A DNA stretch of 64,000 bases from an uncultured archaeon (GCA_000965745.1 CP009479.1:1472001-1536000); one strand, 5' to 3'. Positions 48,442 to 59,382 are shown, counted from the first letter of the stretch. The notes: generated from the sequence alone by a model not told the origin. Program-made: numbers and translations.

Positions 48442-49029
48442 CTAAAGCAGATGCCCCATTTTTTTCTTCTTGGTTTCAAGGTAAAACTCGTCAAATTCAG
48501 TGGGTGAACTTTTCATGGGAATTATACCTTTTATTTTTATCCCCCGTTCCTCAAGATATTTTATCTTTGCAGGGTTATTGGTTATAAGCCTGACAGATTT
48601 GATCTTGAAATAATTCAGAACGTTTATGACATAATCATATTCCCTGTTGTCCGCAGGGAGGCCAAGCCTGAGATTGGCATCAACAGTATCATACCCCTCA
48701 TCCTGGAGGCTGTAGGCTTTAATCTTGTTGAGAAGCCCTATCCCCCTTCCTTCCTGCCTGAGATAGATAAGCACTCCATAATCCTGTTTGCCCAGAAAAA
48801 CGAGGGACTTAATGAGCTGATCCCGGCAGTCGCATCTCCTTGACCCGAATACATCCCCGGTGACACATTCCGAATGTATCCTCAGGGGCACTTCTTCCTT
48901 GCCTTCGACATCTCCCCTGACAAGCACTGCGTGTTCGGACTGGTCATCGGTCTCGAAGGTGTAAATCCTGAATTCTCCAGCCATCGTAGGAAGCTTTGCA
49001 CTGGAATAATACTCGAACATCTTTCCCAT
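48442..49029 (-). CDS. ribA: GTP cyclohydrolase II
   Basis: [32 protein letters not shown]. Confidence 0.95.
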   Translation of the reverse strand: MGKMFEYYSSAKLPTMAGEFRIYTFETDDQSEHAVLVRGDVEGKEEVPLRIHSECVTGDVFGSRRCDCRDQLIKSLVFLGKQDYGVLIYLRQEGRGIGLLNKIKAYSLQDEGYDTVDANLRLGLPADNREYDYVINVLNYFKIKSVRLITNNPAKIKYLEERGIKIKGIIPMKSSPTEFDEFYLETKKKKMGHLL

Positions 49030-49124
49030 CAGTTAGTGGTTTGTGGTATAAAATGTATTGTCATAAGTTCTTTGACACAGCACGCTAGACCGAATCTCCA
49101 GAGTGTGTGACCCATTGAAGCAGG

Positions 49125-50378
49125 TCACCCCACATGTGACATCACATCAGTCTGCATGGGCTTATCCAAGTTTTCTTCAATCTTGCTGCATACGATGTAC
49201 CTGCCATCAACCCTGAAAATGTAGAGATCCACTTCACCTGTGAGGTCAGTTTCCATATCCCTCCGGATCGTATAGTATTCTTCCGGATCAACAGAAAACC
49301 TGATGATGGCGTTTCTGCAATTCCTTTCTTTCAGGGTTCCGGTAAGCTCGGATTCATTGACAGTATCCAGCACTTCGAAGGCTTCTCCCGGGAACATCCA
49401 TTCCAGTTCATTGTCTGAAGTAAGGACAAATCTTCTTCTGTCTTTAACCAGAAGGGAAAATTCGCCGAGTTGTTTCACACCGTTAAGAAGCCTTGCATAC
49501 TGCAGGGAAATATCCGGGACGTAAAGGTACCTGCCCACTCTCCCGGCTTTCATGAAGTCGGAGGGGGAAGGTTTGCCCCGGATTCTCACATTCCAAGGCA
49601 GGATAACTGCCGACGATTCTGAATGACCCAGGTCGCCCTGGTAAAGGGTGAGCCTGTTCAGGGAGCCTCCTATGGAAATGTATTCTTTCTCCCCTTCTAG
49701 TGTCAGGTTGTCCCATGAAATCTGTGGAGGAAGATCAAAAACAAATTTCTCAGTTTTTCCCGAAAGCAGTTTCCTGAGAACAAGTGGTGAAGGTATAAGT
49801 GAAGGGAGTGACCTTTCCGACTCTGTTTTCGGCCTGAGAGGATCGGAAAAGATTACAGTTTCCTCATCAACTTTCAAGTTTTCAATTACATTGGCATAGT
49901 CTGCATTTATCACCCGATCAGGTGAATGTCCATATACAGATCCGTTAAGTTTCGTCATTGTCGCCCGCAAGGCTGAAACCTCGATTGAGGTGACTGAGCA
50001 AGTCTTAGAAAAGAATACCGACTGCATGCCTGCGCCGCATCCAACATCCACCATATTGGAGGATTGAAGCCTACCTGCCCTGTACAAGCCAACGATCTCG
50101 GGGGTGGAGTAGCTTGCAGAGTATGAATCGAGCCAGAGCCTGTTCCATTTAGTGAACTTGCCCGAAACGCTTAGCCTGGATCTGGCAACTTCAATCGCAC
50201 CTTCGAACATTATTGGCCCTTTGCCCAAGTTATTCCTGATTTTCTGTTCATCATGGCCTGACCGTAATGACTCTACGATATTATCGATGTACTCATTGGC
50301 AGAATCTAATTTTTCCCGGTCCCGGTATAGCTCATCCAGTTCTCTGGAGAACCTTCTTTCATTCTTCAACGGGAGCAC
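49125..50378 (-). CDS. class I SAM-dependent methyltransferase with C-terminal THUMP-like region
   Basis: YSTPE.V, DVGCGAG, FSDP.R. Confidence 0.75.
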   Translation of the reverse strand: MLPLKNERRFSRELDELYRDREKLDSANEYIDNIVESLRSGHDEQKIRNNLGKGPIMFEGAIEVARSRLSVSGKFTKWNRLWLDSYSASYSTPEIVGLYRAGRLQSSNMVDVGCGAGMQSVFFSKTCSVTSIEVSALRATMTKLNGSVYGHSPDRVINADYANVIENLKVDEETVIFSDPLRPKTESERSLPSLIPSPLVLRKLLSGKTEKFVFDLPPQISWDNLTLEGEKEYISIGGSLNRLTLYQGDLGHSESSAVILPWNVRIRGKPSPSDFMKAGRVGRYLYVPDISLQYARLLNGVKQLGEFSLLVKDRRRFVLTSDNELEWMFPGEAFEVLDTVNESELTGTLKERNCRNAIIRFSVDPEEYYTIRRDMETDLTGEVDLYIFRVDGRYIVCSKIEENLDKPMQTDVMSHVG

Positions 50379-50471
50379 ATTACAGTATGCTTTTAAATTA
50401 TAGCTTGTAGTGTTCAGTGAAAATTATGCCATCGACCAAAAATTAATTAATCCGCAGAATGTTTTGGCAGA

Positions 50472-51362
50472 GTGGATCCGGTAAAGGTTGGCAAAGTTAA
50501 GGAAATCTACGACGAAGGCGAAACACTGCTTTTTAAATTTACGGACAAGATCTCTGTCTTTGACAAGATCATCCCCTCGCTCATTCCACACAAGGGAGAA
50601 TCTCTGTGCAGGACAGCAGCATTCTGGTTCAAGGTTGCCGAGGAATCTGCACACGTGAAAACCCACTTCAGGGAGATGCCTTCAAAAGATGAGATGAGAG
50701 TTACAAAATACTTTGTTCCAGACCATAAAGGAAATCCTTTCGAAGTTGAGTATGTAATCCCAATTGAGTTCATCACAAGGTATTATGTTGCCGGGTCCCT
50801 CTACGACAGGCTGAAATCAGGGGAGGTAAAGCCCATAGACATCGGACTGAATTCCATGCCTGAATACGGGGAAGAGCTGGACGACCCATTTTTTGAAATG
50901 ACCACGAAATATGAGAAGTTTGATCGCCCGCTGACTGTCGGTGAAGCCATGGAGCTAGGGGGCATGAGCAACTCAGAGCTCGTCGAAATCAAGGAAGTGA
51001 TCTACAAGATCGACAGGCGCATGAACAAGCAGGTTCGAAACAGAGGACTCATCCACGTCGACGGAAAGAAGGAATTCGCCTTCGGGATCAGGAGGGCGCC
51101 TGTTGTCATAGACACCTTTGGCACTGCAGACGAGGACAGGTTCTGGGACCTTGAGGAATACGAGAAGGGCAATATTATTGACCTCAGCAAAGAGTTCGTC
51201 AGGCAGTATTACCGGGATATCAGTTATCACGAGAGGCTTTACGCCGCAAGGGAAGCCGGAGAAAAGGAACCTGATATACCTGCCCTTCCGGATGAAATGA
51301 TAAAGAAAACATCTGATCTTTACGTATCCATGTTTGAGAGAATAACCGGGCAGAAGTGGTAG
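50472..51362 (+). CDS. purC: SAICAR synthetase
   Basis: GKVKEIY, DKISVFD, VDGKKEF, D.FGT.DEDRFW, LSKEFVR. Confidence 0.95.
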   Translation: MDPVKVGKVKEIYDEGETLLFKFTDKISVFDKIIPSLIPHKGESLCRTAAFWFKVAEESAHVKTHFREMPSKDEMRVTKYFVPDHKGNPFEVEYVIPIEFITRYYVAGSLYDRLKSGEVKPIDIGLNSMPEYGEELDDPFFEMTTKYEKFDRPLTVGEAMELGGMSNSELVEIKEVIYKIDRRMNKQVRNRGLIHVDGKKEFAFGIRRAPVVIDTFGTADEDRFWDLEEYEKGNIIDLSKEFVRQYYRDISYHERLYAAREAGEKEPDIPALPDEMIKKTSDLYVSMFERITGQKW

Positions 51363-51374
51363 GAAACCTCTACT

Positions 51375-51770
51375 CTATTGTATGCCCAGGTCAATCTGTG
51401 TTTCTATGTAATGCCAGAGATGGTGCTCGATCTCATAGGACCATAGCGCTTCGGGAACTTCAATAAAAGCAACCATGGGGCTGAGGAAGAACGCTTCAAT
51501 CGAGGCGACACCAAGATTCTTAAGCCATTTTCCAACACCGATCCTGATCTTGAAATCGTTGTGATCTCCCTGTATTACAACCGTAAGTGCACGATCCATG
51601 GCAAGAAGTGTCCTCATTACTCCTCCCTTCCTGGCCTGTATCAGGGTGCCATGAGGGTGTTTCGAAGTCTGGGTTCTGAAACCTTCTTCCTTGAAAAAAT
51701 CAACAATGAGCTCCGATAGGGTGTCTAGATTAACGTCTTTTGCCTGAAATTCCCTGATTGCACTCTTCAT
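51375..51770 (-). CDS. conserved hypothetical protein
   Basis: 131-aa ORF with protein-like composition. Confidence 0.65.
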   Translation of the reverse strand: MKSAIREFQAKDVNLDTLSELIVDFFKEEGFRTQTSKHPHGTLIQARKGGVMRTLLAMDRALTVVIQGDHNDFKIRIGVGKWLKNLGVASIEAFFLSPMVAFIEVPEALWSYEIEHHLWHYIETQIDLGIQ

Positions 51771-51880
51771 ATAACTGTATCTTAACGGATTACAAAATAT
51801 GATCGCAAATTGGTAGAAATCGAGAAATTCAGATTTCCAGAAAACCTAATATACCATGGATAGATATTAAGCTGATAAAA

Positions 51881-52363
51881 ATGGACGAGGAAGTCAGGAA
51901 CAATGAAGAAAAGGAAGAAGAAAGAGTGGAAGGAGAGAAGAAAAGCGTCTCAATTAAAGGGGTGAAGAAGGACGTATACAACAGAATGATACAGATGGCC
52001 AGAGACAGCGGAAGGACCCTTGGAGAATTGACCAACGACGCATACAGGACATTCATAGGGACAATAGACGGGGCAAAGAATGTCTCGCAGAGCTTCGTGG
52101 AAGGCACCAAAGCTTCTAGAATAACTGCCATTGAAAACATCAGAAACCTCACCCTGACAAGCAGGGATCTCGAGGAGATAGGACACAGGGTAGATCTTCG
52201 CAACATAGATGACCTTGATCTAAGCGATGTTGATGATGAAACCTTTGACAAGTACATTCACCAGATCACGGGAATAAAAAACCTCAGTATCTCATCCGAA
52301 CTGAAAAAATCCAAAGTTCTCCTGAAAGCGAGATTTATCGATAATATCATACAGAGGAAATAA
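51881..52363 (+). CDS. hypothetical protein with an RHH-like N-terminal motif
   Basis: VSIKGV...VY......AR..G.TLGEL pattern. Confidence 0.65.
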   Translation: MDEEVRNNEEKEEERVEGEKKSVSIKGVKKDVYNRMIQMARDSGRTLGELTNDAYRTFIGTIDGAKNVSQSFVEGTKASRITAIENIRNLTLTSRDLEEIGHRVDLRNIDDLDLSDVDDETFDKYIHQITGIKNLSISSELKKSKVLLKARFIDNIIQRK

Positions 52364-52466
52364 GAAGGTTTTCCCCTTATTTCCTGCATTTTTACCAGCC
52401 TTTGCCAGGCATGCCATTTTACTTCCAGTCAAATTCATGTGTTTTTGTTTTGCCGTATAAAATTTA

Positions 52467-53135
52467 ATGCAGGATCAGCTATTCCATATCCTCATGGTCT
52501 CCGCAGATTACAGCATACTTAACAGAAATCGTATTTCAGGCACCAGCCTGGAAAAGGTGATGGCAATCGATCTGGAAACCCTTGTAGATAGGTATAATGG
52601 CTTCCTTACAGGTGAGAGGATCATAGCCATATCTGTGAGCATGGGCCATCCCGACATAGAGACCAGGGTCATGGTAGCAGAGGAAGACTCCAAGAGTGAG
52701 GAGGATAGAATTATCAGGGAATTTGACAGTATGCTGGAAGAGCGTGACCCGGATGTTCTGATCGGCTACAACCATACTGGATACGATTTACCCCTTCTTC
52801 AGCTTAAGATGAGAAACAGGCCCTATAGTCAGCAGTTCTGGAATCTCAAGTATTACCTTGGCACCGCATATACAATGGATATGATGTACGTTATTGCCCA
52901 TGATCTCCATACCAGCGGCGAAAATTTCAGAATAAGAAAGCTTAGGGATGCAGTTAATCATGAGAAATATGAAAAACTCCCTCTTATGAGGGCAAAAGAC
53001 CTTGTTGTAAACCCCAACATGAACGTTGGGGAAGCGATAAAGAACCTATGGCTTAACGACAGGAAAAATTTTGAGGCTTACTGCCAGGGGGATACCCATG
53101 ACATTCTCAGGATATTCTATTCAATATTTGGTTAA
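52467..53135 (+). CDS. stand-alone DEDDy 3'-5' exonuclease-like protein
   Basis: ExoI DLET, ExoII GYNHTGYDLP, ExoIII YCQGD. Confidence 0.8.
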   Translation: MQDQLFHILMVSADYSILNRNRISGTSLEKVMAIDLETLVDRYNGFLTGERIIAISVSMGHPDIETRVMVAEEDSKSEEDRIIREFDSMLEERDPDVLIGYNHTGYDLPLLQLKMRNRPYSQQFWNLKYYLGTAYTMDMMYVIAHDLHTSGENFRIRKLRDAVNHEKYEKLPLMRAKDLVVNPNMNVGEAIKNLWLNDRKNFEAYCQGDTHDILRIFYSIFG

Positions 53136-53162
53136 TCCGGGGAACTTCAGGCGATATTGTAT

Positions 53163-53585
53163 CTATATGTCGCCAAACCTGCTTATGAGATCTGTCAGGT
53201 TGTCCATATAATCCCTGAATATTCTCAGAATGTCCTTAGACGTTATAACGCCAAGCAGTCTGCCATTTTTCATGACAGGGATCCTCCTGATGCCCCTCTC
53301 ATTCATGACAGATACGACCTTTTCGGTTGGTGTATTGGGCTCAACCCAGAAAAGCTCCTTTTGCATGATGTCCCCGAGTGCTACATCATCGGGGTCTAAC
53401 CCCTTAGAGATTATCTTCGAGATGAAGTCCCATTCTGTGACAATTCCCGCCGGAACTCCATTTATGTCAACCACAATGAATCCCTGGTGGTCATTTGCCA
53501 TTATCTTTGCGGCATTTGAGGCCTTGATTGTCGAAGACAGTGTACTGTGAGCCTTCTGCATTATATCCTGGGCATACAGAACCAT
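53163..53585 (-). CDS. CBS-domain pair protein
   Basis: GIVTEWD, DIM, IRRIPV..G.LLGVIT..D. Confidence 0.9.
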   Translation of the reverse strand: MVLYAQDIMQKAHSTLSSTIKASNAAKIMANDHQGFIVVDINGVPAGIVTEWDFISKIISKGLDPDDVALGDIMQKELFWVEPNTPTEKVVSVMNERGIRRIPVMKNGRLLGVITSKDILRIFRDYMDNLTDLISRFGDI

Positions 53586-53625
53586 GTCAGGTAATTTATT
53601 CGAAATATTTAAGACAGATGTATCA

Positions 53626-53858
53626 GACTCCTTTGTGAACCGCGGAGTTTAAAATCGGACGGGGTACTCATGACTGAGTAGCATTTCATTCGCGCTGTCC
53701 AGGGCACCAACTACTTCTTATGTTCTCTGCAGACTCGGGTCCAGGGGGGGTCTCTTGGAAAACTTTCCCAGGAGCATCGGCTTACCTCATTCATATGCAT
53801 TTTCGGCAGAACGTTCTGTCCGGCCTGTTCCGACGACAACGACGTCAGCTTGACGCGC
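53626..53858. ncRNA. candidate structured non-coding RNA
   Basis: GC-rich intergenic block with at least five hairpins. Confidence 0.4.
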
Positions 53859-53908
53859 AAAATAATAAGAAACTGTTTAATAGGTTGTTAAAATAGAGGA
53901 GCGTTATT

Positions 53909-54556
53909 ATGGTGGACATTATGGACCAAAGGCTACAAACTGGAACAACCACTGTCGGCATTATCGTTAAAGACGCCGTTGTCATGGCAACTGAAAGGAG
54001 AGTGACAATGGATCACTTCATCATGCACAAGGACGGCAAGAAACTTCACCAGATCGACACACACGCAGCTATGACCATTGCAGGGCTTGTGGGCGATGCC
54101 CAGGTTCTTGTGAGATACATGTCTGCAGAACTTGAGCTTTACAGACTCCAGAAAAAGGTCAACATGCCTATATCTGCAGCTGCAACATTGCTTTCAAACA
54201 TACTCAACCAATCCAAGTTCTACCCCTATATGGTTCAGATACTGATAGGCGGAGTAGACAAGGAACCACATATATTCTCTGTAGATGCTGCAGGAGGGTC
54301 GGTTGAGGACACATATGCCAGCACAGGTTCAGGATCCCCGTTCGTCTACGGTGTCCTTGAAAACGGATATAGAAAGGACATGACAAAGGATGAGGGTATT
54401 GAGCTAGTAGTGAGGGCCATAAGTGCGGCCAAGCAGAGAGATTCTGCCTCGGGCGGAGTAATAGACGTTGGAGTTATAGACCGTAAAAATGGATTCGTAC
54501 AACTGCCAACGGACGATGTCCTGAACAGAATCAACAAATTTGACCTAAAACTTTAA
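53909..54556 (+). CDS. psmB: proteasome beta subunit
   Basis: Propeptide then TG|[24 protein letters not shown]. Confidence 0.97.
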   Translation: MVDIMDQRLQTGTTTVGIIVKDAVVMATERRVTMDHFIMHKDGKKLHQIDTHAAMTIAGLVGDAQVLVRYMSAELELYRLQKKVNMPISAAATLLSNILNQSKFYPYMVQILIGGVDKEPHIFSVDAAGGSVEDTYASTGSGSPFVYGVLENGYRKDMTKDEGIELVVRAISAAKQRDSASGGVIDVGVIDRKNGFVQLPTDDVLNRINKFDLKL

Positions 54557-54610
54557 TCATTCCCCACCTTATATATATTAATCAATCAATGAAACGGAGC
54601 GTTTTACGCA

Positions 54611-56530
54611 ATGTCTTTTAGAGACTATTTATCAGAAACAAGGAGCTTATTCGATAAGCTCTACCCGGACAATCAGATCACCGAGGTCGACTACGAAGGA
54701 CCAACAATCGTCCTGTATACAACAAACCTTGATCTATTCTCAAAAAGGGATGATCTCGCCAGGCAAGTTGCACAGGAAATAAGAAGAAGGGTCAACATCA
54801 GGCCAGACCCTTCCATACTTGGTGATGAAGAAGAAGCAAAGAAACAGATTGAGTCAATAATTCCAGAGGATGCAGGTATTCATGACATTTATTTTGAATC
54901 AGACACCGGTGAGGTCGTAATAGAGGTGGATGAGCCTTCTATTGTAACTTCAAAGAATTCAAACTATATATCTGAGATCAAATCGGAGACAAAGTGGTCC
55001 CCTAAGGTCGTGAGAGCCCCTCCGATTTACTCCAGAACGGTAAAAGAGATGAGGGAGCTCCTCAGGGAATTCAAGACAGAAAGGAAGTCTTTCCTTCACC
55101 AGCTTGGAGAGAAACTTAATGCTCCTCCAATGCCAGGTGAAACTTGGATCAGGGCAACTGCCCTCGGGGGCCACAGAGAAGTTGGAAGAAGCGCCACACT
55201 TATTTCCACGAACAACTCGAAAATACTTGTGGACTGCGGTATGCTCAACGTGACTGAGGATGATCAGCCATGGTCAGAGGCCCCATACCTTTATCTTCCT
55301 GAAATTCAGCCATTTTCTAATCTTGATGCCATAATCCTTACTCATGCTCATCTGGATCATTCAGGCCTGCTTCCAATTTTGTACAAATATGGTTATGAAG
55401 GGCCTGTTTACATGACCCCTCCAACAAGAGATCTAGCAGCACTTCTTCAGAACGATTACATAAAGGTAGCCCACGCTGAAGGGAAAAAAGCGCCGTATGA
55501 ATCAAAGCACATAAGGGATGAAATCAAGCACTCCATCGTCCTAAGATACAATGAAACAACGGACATCACAAGAGATGTGCGCCTGACATTCTACAACGCC
55601 GGCCACATACTAGGGTCAGCATCAGTCCATCTTCATTTTGGCGAGGGAATGTACAACGTTGTTCTCAGCGGAGATGTCAAGTTCGAGAAATCCTGGCTCT
55701 TCAACCCTGCAAACAACAAGTTCCCGAGGGTAGAGGCCTTTATGACAGAGTCCACATATGCCGGAAGAGACGATTATACAAATTCAAGGCCGGAGGCATC
55801 CAGAACTCTAGTTGATATAGTCAACAGGACATTTGACAGGGGAGGTTCAGTTCTGGTTCCCGTGTTTGCTGTCGGGAGGTCCCAGGAAGTAATGCTTGTT
55901 CTGGAGGACGCAATCAGGGACGGAAGGATAAAAAATGTCCCGGTATACCTCGACGGCATGATCTGGGAGGCCACCGCAATTCATGCAGCATATCCGGAAT
56001 ACCTGAACAGGGAACTGAGAGAATCCATAATGCTGAAAAGGGAAAACCCTTTTTTGAACCCGATCTTCAGGAAGGTAGAATCCAGGGACCAGCGTATGGA
56101 GATATGTGATTCCAACGAAAACCAGATCGTACTCGCAACCTCGGGTATGATGAACGGCGGACCTGTCATGGAATATTTCAGGAATTGGGTCGATGATAAG
56201 AAGCATTCGCTCGTTTTTGTGGGATACCAGGCGGACAGAACTTTGGGAAGAAGGATCCAGAGAGGTTCAAATGAAGTTTCACTATCAGAGGGCGGAAGGC
56301 AGAACAAGTATCCAGTAAACATGGCAATTGAGACTGCAGAGGGCTTTTCCGGGCATTCTGACAAGAGGCAACTGCTGGCATATATCGCAACAATGCAGCC
56401 CAAGCCACACAAAATACTCGTCAATCATGGCGACGGTGAAAAGGCAGCAGACTTTGCAAGGCTGGTCAAGTCAAGATTCGGTATAGATGCAGTAGCAATG
56501 AGGAATCTCGAAACTACAAGGCTCTACTGA
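54611..56530 (+). CDS. fttA: aCPSF1/FttA beta-CASP ribonuclease (KH-MBL-betaCASP)
   Basis: EGP, GGHREVGRS, THAHLDH, AGHILGS, ESTY, GFSGHSD; follows psmB. Confidence 0.95.
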   Translation: MSFRDYLSETRSLFDKLYPDNQITEVDYEGPTIVLYTTNLDLFSKRDDLARQVAQEIRRRVNIRPDPSILGDEEEAKKQIESIIPEDAGIHDIYFESDTGEVVIEVDEPSIVTSKNSNYISEIKSETKWSPKVVRAPPIYSRTVKEMRELLREFKTERKSFLHQLGEKLNAPPMPGETWIRATALGGHREVGRSATLISTNNSKILVDCGMLNVTEDDQPWSEAPYLYLPEIQPFSNLDAIILTHAHLDHSGLLPILYKYGYEGPVYMTPPTRDLAALLQNDYIKVAHAEGKKAPYESKHIRDEIKHSIVLRYNETTDITRDVRLTFYNAGHILGSASVHLHFGEGMYNVVLSGDVKFEKSWLFNPANNKFPRVEAFMTESTYAGRDDYTNSRPEASRTLVDIVNRTFDRGGSVLVPVFAVGRSQEVMLVLEDAIRDGRIKNVPVYLDGMIWEATAIHAAYPEYLNRELRESIMLKRENPFLNPIFRKVESRDQRMEICDSNENQIVLATSGMMNGGPVMEYFRNWVDDKKHSLVFVGYQADRTLGRRIQRGSNEVSLSEGGRQNKYPVNMAIETAEGFSGHSDKRQLLAYIATMQPKPHKILVNHGDGEKAADFARLVKSRFGIDAVAMRNLETTRLY

Positions 56531-56669
56531 ACGGACTTTGAAGGTTTGAGGAACATTCGTGAAATACCTTAAAATAGCACATTACCCACGAGTACCCCAA
56601 CCCTGAAAATGGTCCATTTTGGACAATTGTACCAATAAGTGAATATATACCATTTCGAATCAACTGACT

Positions 56670-58448
56670 ATGGCTAACAAAATAGCGATCACAGCTATAG
56701 CACTAATAATGGTAGTATCCGCGGTCTCCGTGGTTGCTACAGCCGACACAAACAGTGGACAACAGCCAATAAAACTGGGAAACTACTCATTCAGCGACAA
56801 CACATCGACTAGCGCCATTCTCAATCTGAGCTATAAAACAGACAGTGGAAACTCATTGATTGCCAAATCCATAGACACAATGGGCAACAGCGCAGCACTG
56901 AGCCTGCCATCAGGTTCAGACTCAAACAGCATAGTTTTGAACAATGTAACGGTGACATCAGCAGGAAGCGAGAATGTTATTCTCTTTTCTACCGTGGGCT
57001 CACAAATCACAGGGAACCCGACAATGGCCTTCAACCTTAATACAAACGTATCCCAGGTAAACCTGACCTCAAACCAGTACAGCTATCTGCAGAACCACTC
57101 AAGCAGAGTTCTGACAGACTTTGTTTCACATCCGATATACGATCTGCTGGTTAATGGAACAACCTTCTATCTGTTTTCGAATGCTAATTCAACAGCAACT
57201 AAGGACTCAGTAACTTACCATGACAGCACTATCCTGCTCGGATCAAAGCTCATCGTAGGACTCAGCTCAGCAAACGGAATCAAGGACAGAGTTGAAAAGG
57301 AAATGGAGCACCACAAGTCCGCCTCGCCGTTTACCTACAACAACACAACGGGGCAGCTGACCGGAAGGTTTGTCTCCATGCAGTACAACGCAACTGCTGG
57401 TACGATATACAACTACATGGACAGCATGGGTAACATGACAATATTCAACAGCATAAGTGCAGCAGGAAACGGATCCATAGGCAACACCTACCTTGGGCCG
57501 GTATTCCCAACGCTTCAGCCAATAGTGGCAGGCAGTGTCTTCTACTATTCGAACAACACAGTGGTCTATCAGATGCACGACAACCCCGCCATGGTTTCAA
57601 ATTACTATCTGAGCAACGGCACCCTTACAATGAACGTATCCTCTGGCCTCAACGTAAGCACATACAACCCGCCAAAGGAAGACGTCTCACATCAGAGCCT
57701 TCCAGCGAACTTCTCGACAAACGTAGACCTTGGTGATCAGTACGATGTCCAATCCTCATCTACTATCGTGTTCCTTCACAACAATACATTCACGGGTTCA
57801 ATATTCGTCAACGGGGCAAACGTTTCAGTGAACGGCAGTTCGGTATCTATCTCAACAAACCAGACAGCGCACATAACATTTGTCGCACCTCCAGGACTCC
57901 AGAAGGTCAAGAGAAGTGTTGAAAGCGATCTTCAATACGGCATAAACCATGGAAAGCTTGCAGCAGTCCTGGTCCTTGGGGCTCCTGGCCAAAGCAGCAG
58001 CAATGTTAGCGTCAACTACAATGGATCTATGCAGATTGCTGTTCAGAACGTGACGGCTAACAAGGTACTCCTGAAAGTCAGCTCCAAGATGCACGAAGGA
58101 AACAACTTCGCCATCTTTGTTCCAAACAATGTGATACAGAACAACTCAAAGATTACAGTCAAATTCGACAACCAGACAATAACACTCACCAGCGGAGTGG
58201 GGTCAGTCATAAATGCTACGAGCACTACTCAGGCATCATTCTATTACGTGACGACAAATGGCGGAACACTGGTAGTGATACACGTGCCACACTTCTCTAC
58301 CCATTCCATTGAGATAGTGAACAGTGCTGTTAGTCCGTCCAGCCCATCAGGCTCCATGCCAAACGGAGAAATCCTGTATATTGGACTGGGCATAGTAGCA
58401 GTCATAGCTGTGATAGCAGGCGTGTCGCTAACAAGAAGAAAGAGATGA
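56670..58448 (+). CDS. membrane-anchored surface glycoprotein (paralog A)
   Basis: Signal peptide, many sequons, VPHFSTH motif, C-terminal TM and RRKR. Confidence 0.85.
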   Translation: MANKIAITAIALIMVVSAVSVVATADTNSGQQPIKLGNYSFSDNTSTSAILNLSYKTDSGNSLIAKSIDTMGNSAALSLPSGSDSNSIVLNNVTVTSAGSENVILFSTVGSQITGNPTMAFNLNTNVSQVNLTSNQYSYLQNHSSRVLTDFVSHPIYDLLVNGTTFYLFSNANSTATKDSVTYHDSTILLGSKLIVGLSSANGIKDRVEKEMEHHKSASPFTYNNTTGQLTGRFVSMQYNATAGTIYNYMDSMGNMTIFNSISAAGNGSIGNTYLGPVFPTLQPIVAGSVFYYSNNTVVYQMHDNPAMVSNYYLSNGTLTMNVSSGLNVSTYNPPKEDVSHQSLPANFSTNVDLGDQYDVQSSSTIVFLHNNTFTGSIFVNGANVSVNGSSVSISTNQTAHITFVAPPGLQKVKRSVESDLQYGINHGKLAAVLVLGAPGQSSSNVSVNYNGSMQIAVQNVTANKVLLKVSSKMHEGNNFAIFVPNNVIQNNSKITVKFDNQTITLTSGVGSVINATSTTQASFYYVTTNGGTLVVIHVPHFSTHSIEIVNSAVSPSSPSGSMPNGEILYIGLGIVAVIAVIAGVSLTRRKR

Positions 58449-58506
58449 TAAATAGATAATAATCAACACATTTGATCTGCCCCACCGGAATTTGGAACAC
58501 TTTTTC

Positions 58507-59382
58507 TCATTTTTCATCTAGTGCTACCTCCATTTCTTTCGATTCAAATCTTTCCCTGAATGCCTGATCATCCCGGAACTTCCTCCTGAACTCCCTTGGA
58601 GGAAGATAATCAATGGATGAATGCGGCCTGCATTCATTGTAGTCGGTGAACGCCTTTTCTATTGTCCTGGATACTTCACTGAAATCCCTGAACTCGTTTG
58701 GCCAGATGTAATCTGTCTTTATGCTGTTGTGGAAGGACTCAATGTTTCCGTTGTCCTCTGGAGTGTGTTTCTGGATATACTCCAGCCTTATCCCAAGGAG
58801 TTTCATGGCGTTCCTGAACTCATGGGATTGATACTGGGGGCCATTGTCAGTTCTCAGTACCAAGTTCTTTGGTACTGTACCATTGAAAGCAAGAAGAACA
58901 GCGTTTTCCACCGATCTTACGGCATCTTTTGCCATGCATGACCTGGAATAATGAAAACCCTGCCATTCCTTCGTGAAACAGTCCTTTATACACATCAGAT
59001 AGGTCATTCCAGAATCAGTGGGAATATACGTGATATCAGTTTCCCAGAGTTGATCAGGACCATTTGGACGGAAGAGATTCCTGGACTTTGTTCTCCCTCT
59101 GTGTTTTGATGCAGGAAGGGAGAGATTGTTATCCTTCAGCACCTTCCTGACAGTTTTCTGGTTCACCTTCGTACCTTGGTTCCTCAGTATTGCCCATACT
59201 CTCCTGTATCCGTATGTTGGCCTTTCGGAAGCGATATCCCTGATCTTGCTCTGCACAGATAGATCAAGCCTCTGAATATGTCTCTTCCTGGGTGCGTAAT
59301 AATATCCGGACAGTGAGATTCCGGATATTCTTGATGCGTTTCTCAGAGACATCATAGGTTTCAGATCTTCAAGAACCATCAT
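58507..59382 (-). CDS. IS3-family OrfB (rve DDE)
   Basis: YGYRR, WETDITY, TDNGPQY, NGNIESFH, YN..RPHSS. Confidence 0.93.
   Translation of the reverse strand: MMVLEDLKPMMSLRNASRISGISLSGYYYAPRKRHIQRLDLSVQSKIRDIASERPTYGYRRVWAILRNQGTKVNQKTVRKVLKDNNLSLPASKHRGRTKSRNLFRPNGPDQLWETDITYIPTDSGMTYLMCIKDCFTKEWQGFHYSRSCMAKDAVRSVENAVLLAFNGTVPKNLVLRTDNGPQYQSHEFRNAMKLLGIRLEYIQKHTPEDNGNIESFHNSIKTDYIWPNEFRDFSEVSRTIEKAFTDYNECRPHSSIDYLPPREFRRKFRDDQAFRERFESKEMEVALDEK

Noticed and set aside
51829-52257. Antisense 142-aa ORF and similar short antisense ORFs throughout the track
   Set aside because: They lie opposite well-supported genes and lack motifs.
53626-53858. RNase P RNA or SRP RNA
   Set aside because: CGGCTTA and CCAGG...AGCA fragments occur, but the GAGGAA-GTCC/ACAGAA P4 elements and the helix-8 geometry are missing on both strands.
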